A DNA stretch of 27,612 nucleotides, taken from positions 1-27,612 of IMG/VR virus record IMGVR_UViG_3300016474_000237. One strand, given 5' to 3'. Position numbers and translations under genes: made by a program. Below, one piece after another: positions 7,918 through 15,715 of this stretch (positions are counted from its first letter, which is position 1; every line of letters starts with the position of its first letter). The stretch is from a virus. Its lineage: Duplodnaviria > Caudoviricetes. The notes below the pieces were generated by a model. That model was given only the letters and a program-made list of their open reading frames with translations, was not told the DNA's origin and searched no databases.

Positions 7918-8292
7918 TTTCTGAGCATAAATGCCTCTCTTGATTCTGCTCTTGATGACTTTGAGTGAACCATAACTGTTGCACTTCATGATGTCCTCAA
8001 CAAGACTCCTGGTTGTTTGTCTATCCACACCATCCAGGATGAACTTGTATTGACTTGTATATTCAGCATAGACCTTGTCTTTTATCTCAACCATCCATTT
8101 GTGTTGTCTGATGTTATGGATGACCAGTGCATGATGTCTCTTGAATAGCTTACCAATCTCAACCATTGTCATCCCTGACTCTCTGAGTTCATTCATGAGA
8201 TAGCATCTGCGATAGCTGTCCTCTTGGATTCTTGACTTGCCTGATAGGTTGTCTTTCTTGATTAGTTCTTTGATTTTTTCGATGTTGTTCAT
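7903..8292 (-). CDS. DNA-binding protein with DnaA C-terminal-like HTH
   Basis: Likely start MNNIEK at 8292; RCYLMNELRESGMTMVEIGKLFKRHHALVIHNIR resembles the DnaA domain IV pattern (IG..F.RDHxTVxH). Confidence 0.55.
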   Translation of the reverse strand: MNNIEKIKELIKKDNLSGKSRIQEDSYRRCYLMNELRESGMTMVEIGKLFKRHHALVIHNIRQHKWMVEIKDKVYAEYTSQYKFILDGVDRQTTRSLVEDIMKCNSYGSLKVIKSRIKRGIYAQKAVTQ

Positions 8293-8293
8293 G

Positions 8294-8533
8294 TTAGAAG
8301 TTTTTCTCCACCCATTGGCGGAAGGATTGTTGTATTTCGATTTGTTGTTGGAAGACATCCATTGTGCATCCTGTGAGGATAGTTGCATCCACCTTTTGAA
8401 TCTCCTGAAGCAGCATGGTTGCCTTCTGCTTGATGACTTGCTTGAATACTCTTTGATCGTTTAGGTCTTCGATGAAGTCACCGAGTACTGGAAGCACACC
8501 ACATAATGCGAGAAGTTTTTGTTCTTTGGTCAT
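8294..8533 (-). CDS. Hypothetical protein
   Basis: Likely start MTKEQKLL at 8533. Confidence 0.65.
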   Translation of the reverse strand: MTKEQKLLALCGVLPVLGDFIEDLNDQRVFKQVIKQKATMLLQEIQKVDATILTGCTMDVFQQQIEIQQSFRQWVEKNF

Positions 8534-8534
8534 A

Positions 8535-9335
8535 TTAAAAAATTGTTGTTTGTATTCCAATGTTTACATTGCTCCATTGCTCTGCCATTGCTCTTGCTAT
8601 TCCTTCAAATGTTTTGCTCCTTAGCGTTCTGCGTTCTTGTGGTGTTTTTGCTTTGCTCAATGCTTGATAATACCACAAAGGCTGTCTTTTTTTCTTTCCT
8701 GTTTTGCTGTCAGTCCATTCATACATCTCACCTTTACCAACAATTTTAGTCGGTCTTAACATTGGCAAATTTTTAAGCCACAAACAAGTTGATTTCTCTG
8801 CTTCATCACCAAACTGCCAAGGATGAATAATTTGGTCAGGTTCTCTTATATATGAACTTATGACCGAAATTGGATTCTCAATCGCTATTCTTGGAATTGG
8901 CGCATCCATTAACTGATGTACAAATTCAAGTCCATCCATTTGATTTTTATATCTCTCTTCATTTCGAGTTCCATCTTTATTATACATCCATCCTGCACCA
9001 CTCACTGCCAGATATGTACAAGGTGGATGCGCAATCATTAAATCCCACTCCCAACCAATTTGTCTAATAAGTGCACTTTCTGAACCATTTTTATCTTTGT
9101 ATTCAAACTCATACTCATCACTATACACATCAAGTTTTAACTCAAAATTATTGTTTATAGTTACTTCATTTGTATCAAACCACCCGTTTGCTACTTCTAA
9201 TGCATCCTGTTGAAAATGCCATTCAGGATGACCGCCACTGCATGGGAGAATATCACAACTGAATGCTTGATGTCCTAACTTTCTAAATTCTTTTACAACT
9301 GCTTGACTCTCTTCACAAGCTATTAAAACTTTCAT
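8535..9335 (-). CDS. DNA cytosine-C5 methyltransferase (phage type)
   Basis: MKVLIACEESQ (motif I variant), AFSCD, MIAHPPCTYL (catalytic PC), IAIENP (motif VI), RSKTFEGIARAMAEQW. Confidence 0.75.
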   Translation of the reverse strand: MKVLIACEESQAVVKEFRKLGHQAFSCDILPCSGGHPEWHFQQDALEVANGWFDTNEVTINNNFELKLDVYSDEYEFEYKDKNGSESALIRQIGWEWDLMIAHPPCTYLAVSGAGWMYNKDGTRNEERYKNQMDGLEFVHQLMDAPIPRIAIENPISVISSYIREPDQIIHPWQFGDEAEKSTCLWLKNLPMLRPTKIVGKGEMYEWTDSKTGKKKRQPLWYYQALSKAKTPQERRTLRSKTFEGIARAMAEQWSNVNIGIQTTIF

Positions 9336-9478
9336 ATTGCGCTCACTTTAAATTTACCATCATTGTATCTGCCTGACCACATGAGTTCACTTTTGTACCA
9401 ATAGGCGAGTGACTTGCTGTGGAAGTTCCACTCCTGGACAACCTTGGTCCCGATGTGGTATGTGAGTTTGAATTTCAT
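9332..9478 (-). CDS. Hypothetical protein (48 aa)
   Basis: Below the track cutoff. MKFKLTYHIGTKVVQEWNFHSKSLAYWYK...KVSAI*; ATGA overlaps on both sides. Confidence 0.65.
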   Translation of the reverse strand: MKFKLTYHIGTKVVQEWNFHSKSLAYWYKSELMWSGRYNDGKFKVSAI

Positions 9479-9702
9479 ATCTCTTGAATTGCTTGTTTTG
9501 ATTCCTTCAATAGTTCAACTGTTTTCTCAAATCCAATAATTTCAGAAACCTTCCCAAAGAAAATTTGATTTTCAAGTTTATTTTTGGTTTCCATTTTTTT
9601 GGCTCTGTTAAATTCATTGATGAATAAACTCATGTGATGCTCACCCAATGCGATGGTCATCATTTCTTCTAAAAAATCTACCGGTGTTTTCATATCTCTT
9701 GA
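9473..9702. repeat. 15-bp direct repeat TTTCATATCTCTTGA at 9473-9487 and 9688-9702 flanking one gene
   Basis: Exact copies; two consecutive ORFs both end in QEI*. Confidence 0.9.
9475..9693 (-). CDS. Hypothetical protein (AT-rich cassette)
   Basis: 72 aa, MKTPVDFLEE..., lying between the 15-bp repeats. Confidence 0.65.
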   Translation of the reverse strand: MKTPVDFLEEMMTIALGEHHMSLFINEFNRAKKMETKNKLENQIFFGKVSEIIGFEKTVELLKESKQAIQEI

Positions 9703-9806
9703 TGTTTAATTTCACAAATTCTGCGGTATAGATCGTGGTTGAATGTAGTCCAATATCGGTCAAGGATTGGGCGGTTAAATGAACCAACCCCATTCATCTT
9801 CGTCAT
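9690..9806 (-). CDS. Small hypothetical protein
   Basis: Likely start MTKMNG at 9806 (38 aa); the longer track ORF overlaps the upstream gene heavily. Confidence 0.5.
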   Translation of the reverse strand: MTKMNGVGSFNRPILDRYWTTFNHDLYRRICEIKHQEI

Positions 9807-10083
9807 CGTGCGCTCGGACAATGGCATCCTCAAAGTAGTTGTTTTCATAGGCTCGAGCGATGTACTCATCGCATTCTTTTGTTTCCTTAATAGTAAGATG
9901 TTCAGCATATTGTTTGTGTATTATTTTATAGTTCAACATATCGACAACCAAGATGGTGTACTCGGCAATGATGTGACCATTGGTTGGCGTATCTCCATGG
10001 TCCTCGAGTTCGATTTCAATCTCTACTCCAGCAGTGGTCATCGTGGTGAAGTAGTCACCCATTTCAATTATTGTACTTTTCAT
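9775..10083 (-). CDS. Acidic hypothetical protein
   Basis: Likely start MKSTIIE at 10083; acidic C-terminus HDDEDEWGWFI. Confidence 0.65.
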   Translation of the reverse strand: MKSTIIEMGDYFTTMTTAGVEIEIELEDHGDTPTNGHIIAEYTILVVDMLNYKIIHKQYAEHLTIKETKECDEYIARAYENNYFEDAIVRAHDDEDEWGWFI

Positions 10084-10297
10084 TGTAAACTCTTTGAGCA
10101 TATTTGACATAACTTCCTTTCAATTCGTAGCTTTTATTGAGTGTCTTTTTTGTCTCTTTTGTCCCTAAAACAGGAAGAGTATTTGTTGACACCAACCAAA
10201 TCATAAAGATTGTACCTGCGATGAATGTAACCACACCACCGAGAATCTGACGCTCATCTTGGTTGAGGTCAGAGAATAAGAATTTAAGCGTTTTCAT
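10064..10297 (-). CDS. Hypothetical single-TM protein
   Basis: Likely start MKTLKF at 10297; hydrophobic ILGGVVTFIAGTIFMIWLV. Confidence 0.6.
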   Translation of the reverse strand: MKTLKFLFSDLNQDERQILGGVVTFIAGTIFMIWLVSTNTLPVLGTKETKKTLNKSYELKGSYVKYAQRVYNEKYNN

Positions 10298-10469
10298 TTC
10301 GTTCAATTGTTTCAATGTTTTCTAAAATACCCAATACTGCATTCCATTGTGCAGAAGCATAGGTTGTTGATTCGTGTTCACGACCATACATTTTACGGAG
10401 TTCCGTAAATTCAAGATAAAGAAGTTTCTCTTCGTCTTGGATAAATTTGATAATTTGCTCTTTTGTCAT
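10284..10469 (-). CDS. Hypothetical early protein
   Basis: 61-aa ORF. Confidence 0.6.
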   Translation of the reverse strand: MTKEQIIKFIQDEEKLLYLEFTELRKMYGREHESTTYASAQWNAVLGILENIETIERNENA

Positions 10470-10473
10470 AGCG

Positions 10474-10650
10474 TTACTTTTTTAAGTAGTTATTAATCTT
10501 AATAATCATTTTTTCATAAGCAGTTAGTGTGTCAAGATGGCTGAAAGTGCCAAACATAACTTGACCATTTAAATAAGCAACAGCTGTTGTCGCTCCACCC
10601 TCTTGCATTGTTTCAGTAATCTCGAAACCTTTGTAATTCATTGTTATCAT
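10474..10650 (-). CDS. Hypothetical early protein (58 aa), first gene after the early promoter
   Basis: Below the track cutoff. MITMNYKGFEITETMQEGG...INNYLKK*. Confidence 0.65.
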   Translation of the reverse strand: MITMNYKGFEITETMQEGGATTAVAYLNGQVMFGTFSHLDTLTAYEKMIIKINNYLKK

Positions 10651-10677
10651 GTCGTTATTGTTTTGATGTTTATACTG

Positions 10678-10708
10678 CGAATTTATAGAATAGTTTCATA
10701 TCTGCAAA
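10678..10708 (-). promoter_or_regulatory. Bacteroidota-type early promoter TTTG-N19-TAAATTCG
   Basis: Matches the -33 TTTG / -7 TAnnTTTG consensus with one mismatch and correct spacing, just downstream of a terminator. Confidence 0.7.
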
Positions 10709-10749
10709 ACTTTTTTAACTTTTTTTTTCATTTATGCACAAAATAGTAC

Positions 10750-10774
10750 AAAAAAAGGGGCGTTTCCACCCCTC
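10750..10774 (-). terminator. Rho-independent terminator after the lysis/phosphoesterase operon
   Basis: AGGGGTG-GAAA-CGCCCCT followed by a T-run on the minus strand. Confidence 0.85.
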
Positions 10775-10797
10775 AAAACAATTATGAACACTCGAAT

Positions 10798-11676
10798 TTA
10801 CAAAGGAAATTTCATAGAATCGATGTTTTTGTAAACTTTTTTCTGACCATCTCGCTCAAGTCGCTCGGATTCAAAGAAAAGAATGCGACCTCCGGTTGGT
10901 TTAACAGGCGCACCACGCTCAACGTGCCACCCTTTGGAGCCATCACCGTACTCTTCCTTGTATGTTCCTGTGAGCATCAGGTGAATCTGCTTGTGTTCAT
11001 GTCTCCAACCTGTTTTTGAATGGTTAGAGATGGTATCTCTGACATCATTGCGTGCAGCATTCTCGTGAATATGACCCATTGTAAACACATCGAAGTCCTC
11101 ATACATCTCCAATGCCCTGGTGAGATTCAATGCACCCTTGGTGACTACACCACCACCACCTGAACCATGGAAATACTTTATCTTGAATGATGATACCACA
11201 TTCATGTCAAAGGTTTGGCGCACTACAATCCAACCACCATATCCGCCAGCATAAACTTGAGTGCCATTCTTGTAGTTCAGCAAGTCAACGAATCTCTGAA
11301 GGATGTCGGTCTCTTGATATTTGATGATTGCGGTCTCGTGGTTGCCGTATCCGATGACAGTAAGGAGGTGTGCGTATGGTGACCACCACTCAACAGCTGT
11401 CTCAACGATTGAGTCCAGGTATTTAGCATTGTTGTGTTCAGGTCTGATGTCTGACTTATTTCCTCTGCGATCACCACGACCTTGCATGAGGCAGAAAAAG
11501 TCACCATTCACCATGATTGGGATGTCATTAGCCTTGCAATACTCGAGGTCTCTCTTGAGAAGATTCCAATCGCATTTGGGATTGTCCCAGTGGATGTCAG
11601 AAAGCATTGCAATCTTGACTTGTTTGCCATCCATCTGAATCTCATGGATGTTCTTTGCGTGTTTTTTTACAATCAT
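10798..11676 (-). CDS. Calcineurin-like metallophosphoesterase
   Basis: Likely start MIVKK at 11676; SDIHWD, NGD, GNHE, FHG and GHIH motifs. Confidence 0.85.
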   Translation of the reverse strand: MIVKKHAKNIHEIQMDGKQVKIAMLSDIHWDNPKCDWNLLKRDLEYCKANDIPIMVNGDFFCLMQGRGDRRGNKSDIRPEHNNAKYLDSIVETAVEWWSPYAHLLTVIGYGNHETAIIKYQETDILQRFVDLLNYKNGTQVYAGGYGGWIVVRQTFDMNVVSSFKIKYFHGSGGGGVVTKGALNLTRALEMYEDFDVFTMGHIHENAARNDVRDTISNHSKTGWRHEHKQIHLMLTGTYKEEYGDGSKGWHVERGAPVKPTGGRILFFESERLERDGQKKVYKNIDSMKFPL

Positions 11677-12104
11677 AGTTGTGTTTTGGAGTACCTGAAT
11701 AAGTACATAGTTCCCATTCCAATAGCAAAGCCAAGAATCAGCACCCAAAAATTTGGTTTTGCCTTTTGGCTTTTGTACTTTGCCACCTCAATCTTCTGCA
11801 CTTGGCGAATGGTGTCACGCTTGAGGCGATATTCTATGCGTGTTTGCCATCTCGTTTGAGGCACATAAGACGTCTTGTATTGAATTATTGTGTCTTTGGT
11901 GGTGTAATACCTCTCATATACAATTTGATTGTCTCTAATGACAGGAAATGAGTCGATAGTTGTGATGCGAATTGTGTCACCTACCTCCTCGCACTTGTAT
12001 CCTTTTTTCATTGCTTTGCGCAAATGGTAGTTGGCTGAGCAACCTGTCACAATTATTGCGAGAATTAGTGACAAAATCAGGCTATAGGTTGACAAACGTT
12101 TCAT
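11673..12104 (-). CDS. Putative spanin (lipoprotein signal + C-terminal TM; unimolecular-type topology)
   Basis: Signal peptide with lipobox-like IVTG/C; C-terminal hydrophobic FWVLILGFAIGMGTMYLF; directly after the endolysin candidate. Confidence 0.55.
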   Translation of the reverse strand: MKRLSTYSLILSLILAIIVTGCSANYHLRKAMKKGYKCEEVGDTIRITTIDSFPVIRDNQIVYERYYTTKDTIIQYKTSYVPQTRWQTRIEYRLKRDTIRQVQKIEVAKYKSQKAKPNFWVLILGFAIGMGTMYLFRYSKTQL

Positions 12105-12122
12105 ATTTTTCAGCTTATAGGT

Positions 12123-12701
12123 TTAAAACTCATTGATGAGGCAGTATGTCACTGACTTCTGCGTCTTGGTTGCTCTGATAAACGTGCGATATTTATCCAT
12201 GTCATTCACTACCTGGCAACCTGCTGACCACCACCCGATGGTTGCACCTGTATTGTCTTGAGTGATGTCGTATGTGTTTGGATGGAAGTTGATACCAAAG
12301 TATCCGGTCTGAACTTGACCGATTGCCTCGCTCTTATCATCCTTATCTGTATCTCTATTGACTGCAATGGATGAGCCAAGCTGAAGGAGTGCATCGACCT
12401 TGTTATTGTGTTTGCCAAACTTCCAAAGATTGTAGTACCATGAGTCAGCAACCACCACAGCGGCACCTGATTTGTTGACCTTCTCGAATTGTTTGAGTGT
12501 TGGCGTACCTGGATTGGTGGTACCTGATGCGACTGCAATGAACTGCTCACCTTTGAAGAGGTAGAACTTGTCATCGAATCGATTCGGTGTATCTTCATTA
12601 GATCGTACACCAAGAATCCAATGTTCTGAAGGAATGCTCTTGAAATTTCGCAGCGTTTTGACCTTATCAAGTAGCTGCTTGTCGGTATATGCTCTTACCA
12701 T
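12123..12701 (-). CDS. Putative endolysin, L,D-transpeptidase (YkuD)-like Cys enzyme
   Basis: GINFH...WSAGCQV resembles the H..SxGC catalytic motif; lies between holin and spanin. Confidence 0.55.
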   Translation of the reverse strand: MVRAYTDKQLLDKVKTLRNFKSIPSEHWILGVRSNEDTPNRFDDKFYLFKGEQFIAVASGTTNPGTPTLKQFEKVNKSGAAVVVADSWYYNLWKFGKHNNKVDALLQLGSSIAVNRDTDKDDKSEAIGQVQTGYFGINFHPNTYDITQDNTGATIGWWSAGCQVVNDMDKYRTFIRATKTQKSVTYCLINEF

Positions 12702-12716
12702 AACTTGTATTTAAAG

Positions 12717-12860
12717 GCGCAAATGTCCCTTTTTTTGCGCAATTTAATGGACTTTATAAACCCCCGACAACAGTATCATCGGGGGATGCTCGGTGTTCAC
12801 CAAAGTGAGCAGTCGAGTGGAGTGCGGTTTAATCGGTTTACTCAACCAATAACTTGCACC
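12717..12860 (-). ncRNA. Candidate structured RNA / attenuator (four consecutive hairpins)
   Basis: Stems at 12822-12859, 12789-12817, 12761-12785 (CCCCCGA/TCGGGGG) and 12717-12740 (GCGCAAA/TTTGCGC). Confidence 0.4.
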
Positions 12861-12865
12861 GTCAG

Positions 12866-13291
12866 TTACTTCCAACCATCCAACTCTTTCTTGGACCTGG
12901 TCACAAATCTGCGCATCGCTGCAAGGATGTTCTTGCCTGTTACACTTTCATAGCTTTCGTTGATGCTCTTCACCTCAACCACTACGCAAAAGAATGCAAC
13001 AAATTTGGTCATGATTAACTCAACTGCAATGAAGTGAGCGATGATGTCACCAGCAATGAACTTCTCAATCAAAAACGTGAACACAATACCACCCGAATAG
13101 AGCGCTGCCTTACCAAGTGTGTCACTCAATCTGCGTGATTTGAATGATGCCCATCCATTCTTTTTGACTGAGCGCCAAACTCCGAAGATGGTGTCAATGA
13201 ATATGGCGAGGATGGCAACCAAAACCAATGGTTGCACTGGAGCGAGTACGGTAAACAATGAAGCGAAAATTGCGAGTGTTGTGTTTTTCAT
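12866..13291 (-). CDS. Holin (phage holin family 4-like)
   Basis: Several TM segments; FIDTIFGVWRS..SRRLSDTLGK..EVKSINES pattern; basic C-terminus. Confidence 0.75.
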   Translation of the reverse strand: MKNTTLAIFASLFTVLAPVQPLVLVAILAIFIDTIFGVWRSVKKNGWASFKSRRLSDTLGKAALYSGGIVFTFLIEKFIAGDIIAHFIAVELIMTKFVAFFCVVVEVKSINESYESVTGKNILAAMRRFVTRSKKELDGWK

Positions 13292-13857
13292 CAGATGACT
13301 AATATTGAGTTATTGTAGCCATTATCTCGAGGATATCCGCACTCCCATTTGCCATCATAGAAGCAATCGCCTTGACACATATTGCACTCAACCTGTGGTC
13401 GAAGATCAGTGTCACGATTCTCATGACTTGTGAAGATTGGATATTCTGCTTTGTTTTTAATCAGGTAGCGAATCAAACGCATCTCAAAGAATGAAGCCTT
13501 CTGAGCATAGTGTTCCATACCGAATGCTACCTCAGAGCGAGTGACGGGTTGTGAGAAGTCACCACTCTGCTGTTGAAGTCCTTTGTTCTTTAGCTGATAT
13601 GTCAATCCAAAGACTGCATCCTCAGCCGAGCGCCAAGCGATGACAGGTTGAATGAACTTGACAAGTTGCTCCTCTTCAGGTGTGAGCGTTTGATTGTTGT
13701 AAGCATCAAGCAGATGGTTATAAAAAACAGTACCAAGAATCGGCATGATTCGAAGCTGTGCTTGAGTTGCTACATAAGGGAACACATCAGTCACATCCAC
13801 ATTTGCTGTGATGGGTGTGTTGGTCTTGAGATAGTTTTCAGTGATAAAGTACAACAT
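13291..13857 (-). CDS. Putative head-tail adaptor / head completion protein
   Basis: Directly after the portal; FITENYLK..NVD..IMPILGT..Y pattern seen in Bacteroidota phage connectors. Confidence 0.5.
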   Translation of the reverse strand: MLYFITENYLKTNTPITANVDVTDVFPYVATQAQLRIMPILGTVFYNHLLDAYNNQTLTPEEEQLVKFIQPVIAWRSAEDAVFGLTYQLKNKGLQQQSGDFSQPVTRSEVAFGMEHYAQKASFFEMRLIRYLIKNKAEYPIFTSHENRDTDLRPQVECNMCQGDCFYDGKWECGYPRDNGYNNSILVI

Positions 13858-15197
13858 CAGGCTTGAGGTATTTGTGGTTGTGCTAAAGCAGCGGCTTGTG
13901 CTTGAGTGACATCACCACCTTCAATCGGTGGAAGTGATGCCAATGCTCTGACCTCGTTTACAGTCATCTGCTCGAGGACCTTGGTTGCTACCAATGGACT
14001 CATTGCATTGAGAGCATCTTGTGTCTTGGAAGCATCTCCCTCGATTTCAACGATGGTCTCATTGATGATTTGGAAGTTGTTGATTTGGAACTCAGCCACA
14101 CTCAACTTGGCAATGTGAAGCAACTCATTGAAGACATCTTGAATCTGCTCTCTGAGTGGCATTACAACATTCTTTTCAAAGATGACATATGCTTGTTTGA
14201 TGTCTGAACCTGAACCAAGTGAGCCGGTTGTTCTGACTCCCATCAATATTGGGTCGATTGTGTGGGCAAAACAAATCTGCTCAGTGTTCAATCCGGATGC
14301 TTCCTGAAATAGTTTGTCATTCGAGTTGGTTGGCAGGCTCTCAATCTTTGGCAACTGCTCCTGAGAGTTTGCAAAGAATGCGGCAGTTTTACCAGCGTTG
14401 TGCGCACCCTTGAGTTTGTCGATGGTTTGACGCAGTACGTTTTTCTCTTCCTCAGATTGAGGTCGCTTAGGGAACATGATTGCAAACGATGGGAAGATTG
14501 AGTTCTGAATGTTAGACTTTGCGAAGTACGAAAGTTCACCACTTAAGAATGCAAAGTTCAATGCACTTGAATACTTTGGCAGCGGATACCAGTCCTGACC
14601 CAAGCACTCGACCTCATAAACAAAAAGCTGTTCACGATCAGTGCAAGATGGGTGATGTCTCTTGATTTCTTGTACATCGATTCGAGTCGACCAATCTTCA
14701 CAAATGAAGTACTGATTTTTGTTGCGACCTTTTCTGACCTTCTCAGGAGATACATTCTCTGCCCTGGTCATCTTCATCTTCTCATCAAAAAACAATCTGA
14801 AGTACACTCGGTTGTGTACAATCAATTGCTCGGTTGTGATTCGAGCAGTCTTTTTGAGTTTGATTTTTTTCTCGAATGTGTACAATTCAAGCAAGTCCTT
14901 TGGTGTTGCGTTCTTTGTCTTGAGTTCAAATCCACCACCAATTACTGCATTTGTTTTGTAGTCCACGATGGCACCATGCAGAGGTGAACTGAACACCATT
15001 TGATTGAGTAGTTGTGGGAACATATTGTCCTGACCAAATGGAATCCAACCTGATGTGGTGTATCTGCCATTAACGTATGGGAGAGATAGGTTGGCACCAC
15101 CAACTTTCAAGAATGGTGTGCTGAACGCATCATAATTGGATGTAATCATCTCAACCTGTGAATCTTTTTTTGCTCTGAATATATCGTACCAAGCCAT
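13857..15197 (-). CDS. Portal protein
   Basis: 446 aa; FGQDNMFPQLL..SSPLHGAIV..G.G, WYPLPKY, GAHNAGK, ICFAHTIDPILMGV, MTVNEVRAL. Confidence 0.85.
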   Translation of the reverse strand: MAWYDIFRAKKDSQVEMITSNYDAFSTPFLKVGGANLSLPYVNGRYTTSGWIPFGQDNMFPQLLNQMVFSSPLHGAIVDYKTNAVIGGGFELKTKNATPKDLLELYTFEKKIKLKKTARITTEQLIVHNRVYFRLFFDEKMKMTRAENVSPEKVRKGRNKNQYFICEDWSTRIDVQEIKRHHPSCTDREQLFVYEVECLGQDWYPLPKYSSALNFAFLSGELSYFAKSNIQNSIFPSFAIMFPKRPQSEEEKNVLRQTIDKLKGAHNAGKTAAFFANSQEQLPKIESLPTNSNDKLFQEASGLNTEQICFAHTIDPILMGVRTTGSLGSGSDIKQAYVIFEKNVVMPLREQIQDVFNELLHIAKLSVAEFQINNFQIINETIVEIEGDASKTQDALNAMSPLVATKVLEQMTVNEVRALASLPPIEGGDVTQAQAAALAQPQIPQA

Positions 15198-15200
15198 GTG

Positions 15201-15542
15201 CTAATCGTATATAGATGAAATTGATGCTCCACTGACAACCATTCGACCCTCTTCAATGACTACTCCTGTGGTATCATCGATTGATGTTGGTGGTATGGCT
15301 GATTCGTAAACGCTGTATGTGTATTGTCCCTTCATTAGTTCCACATCTACAGGTTCATCCAAATAAAAGAGATTGAATCTCTCAGGATATGGTGACTCAT
15401 CGGTGTTGGTGAAGAGGATTGGGTCTGATTCGGGATTCATTTCGTTCTGAAAAACGAACAAATAGTATGGTGAAGGTAGCGTTGACACCTCTGACAATGT
15501 CACGACAATACTGTTCACCTCACCCTTGTTGATGTATATCAT
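15201..15542 (-). CDS. Hypothetical virion-associated protein
   Basis: Likely start MIYINKG at 15542, preceded by the late motif; beta-rich, GQYTYSVYE..IEEGRMVV. Confidence 0.6.
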   Translation of the reverse strand: MIYINKGEVNSIVVTLSEVSTLPSPYYLFVFQNEMNPESDPILFTNTDESPYPERFNLFYLDEPVDVELMKGQYTYSVYESAIPPTSIDDTTGVVIEEGRMVVSGASISSIYD

Positions 15543-15547
15543 TTGTA

Positions 15548-15575
15548 TATGTTGCAGATAGGTCAAAATTTGTTC
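15548..15575 (-). promoter_or_regulatory. Candidate late promoter GAACAAAT-N11-TGCAACATA
   Basis: Motif shared with 18217-18243 and 19922-19948; 5 nt before the ATG. Confidence 0.6.
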
Positions 15576-15661
15576 ACAATCTTCCATTTCATTATGATAT
15601 ATGTGGTAGAATTTACCACTTAATGTGTAACAAAATGTAAAATTTGTACAAAATACTGTAC

Positions 15662-15687
15662 AAAAAAAGCCACCCCGGAGGATGGCT
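15662..15687 (-). terminator. Rho-independent terminator after the putative major tail gene
   Basis: AGCCATCC-TCCG-GGGTGGCT + T-run. Confidence 0.85.
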
Positions 15688-15715
15688 CTCACAACTATGA
15701 ACAGGAAAAGTTGTT

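Noticed and set aside
12702-12865. tRNA or known small ribozyme
   Set aside because: I saw no T-loop/anticodon cloverleaf and no hammerhead CUGANGA/GAAA core. It is kept only as an unknown structured element.
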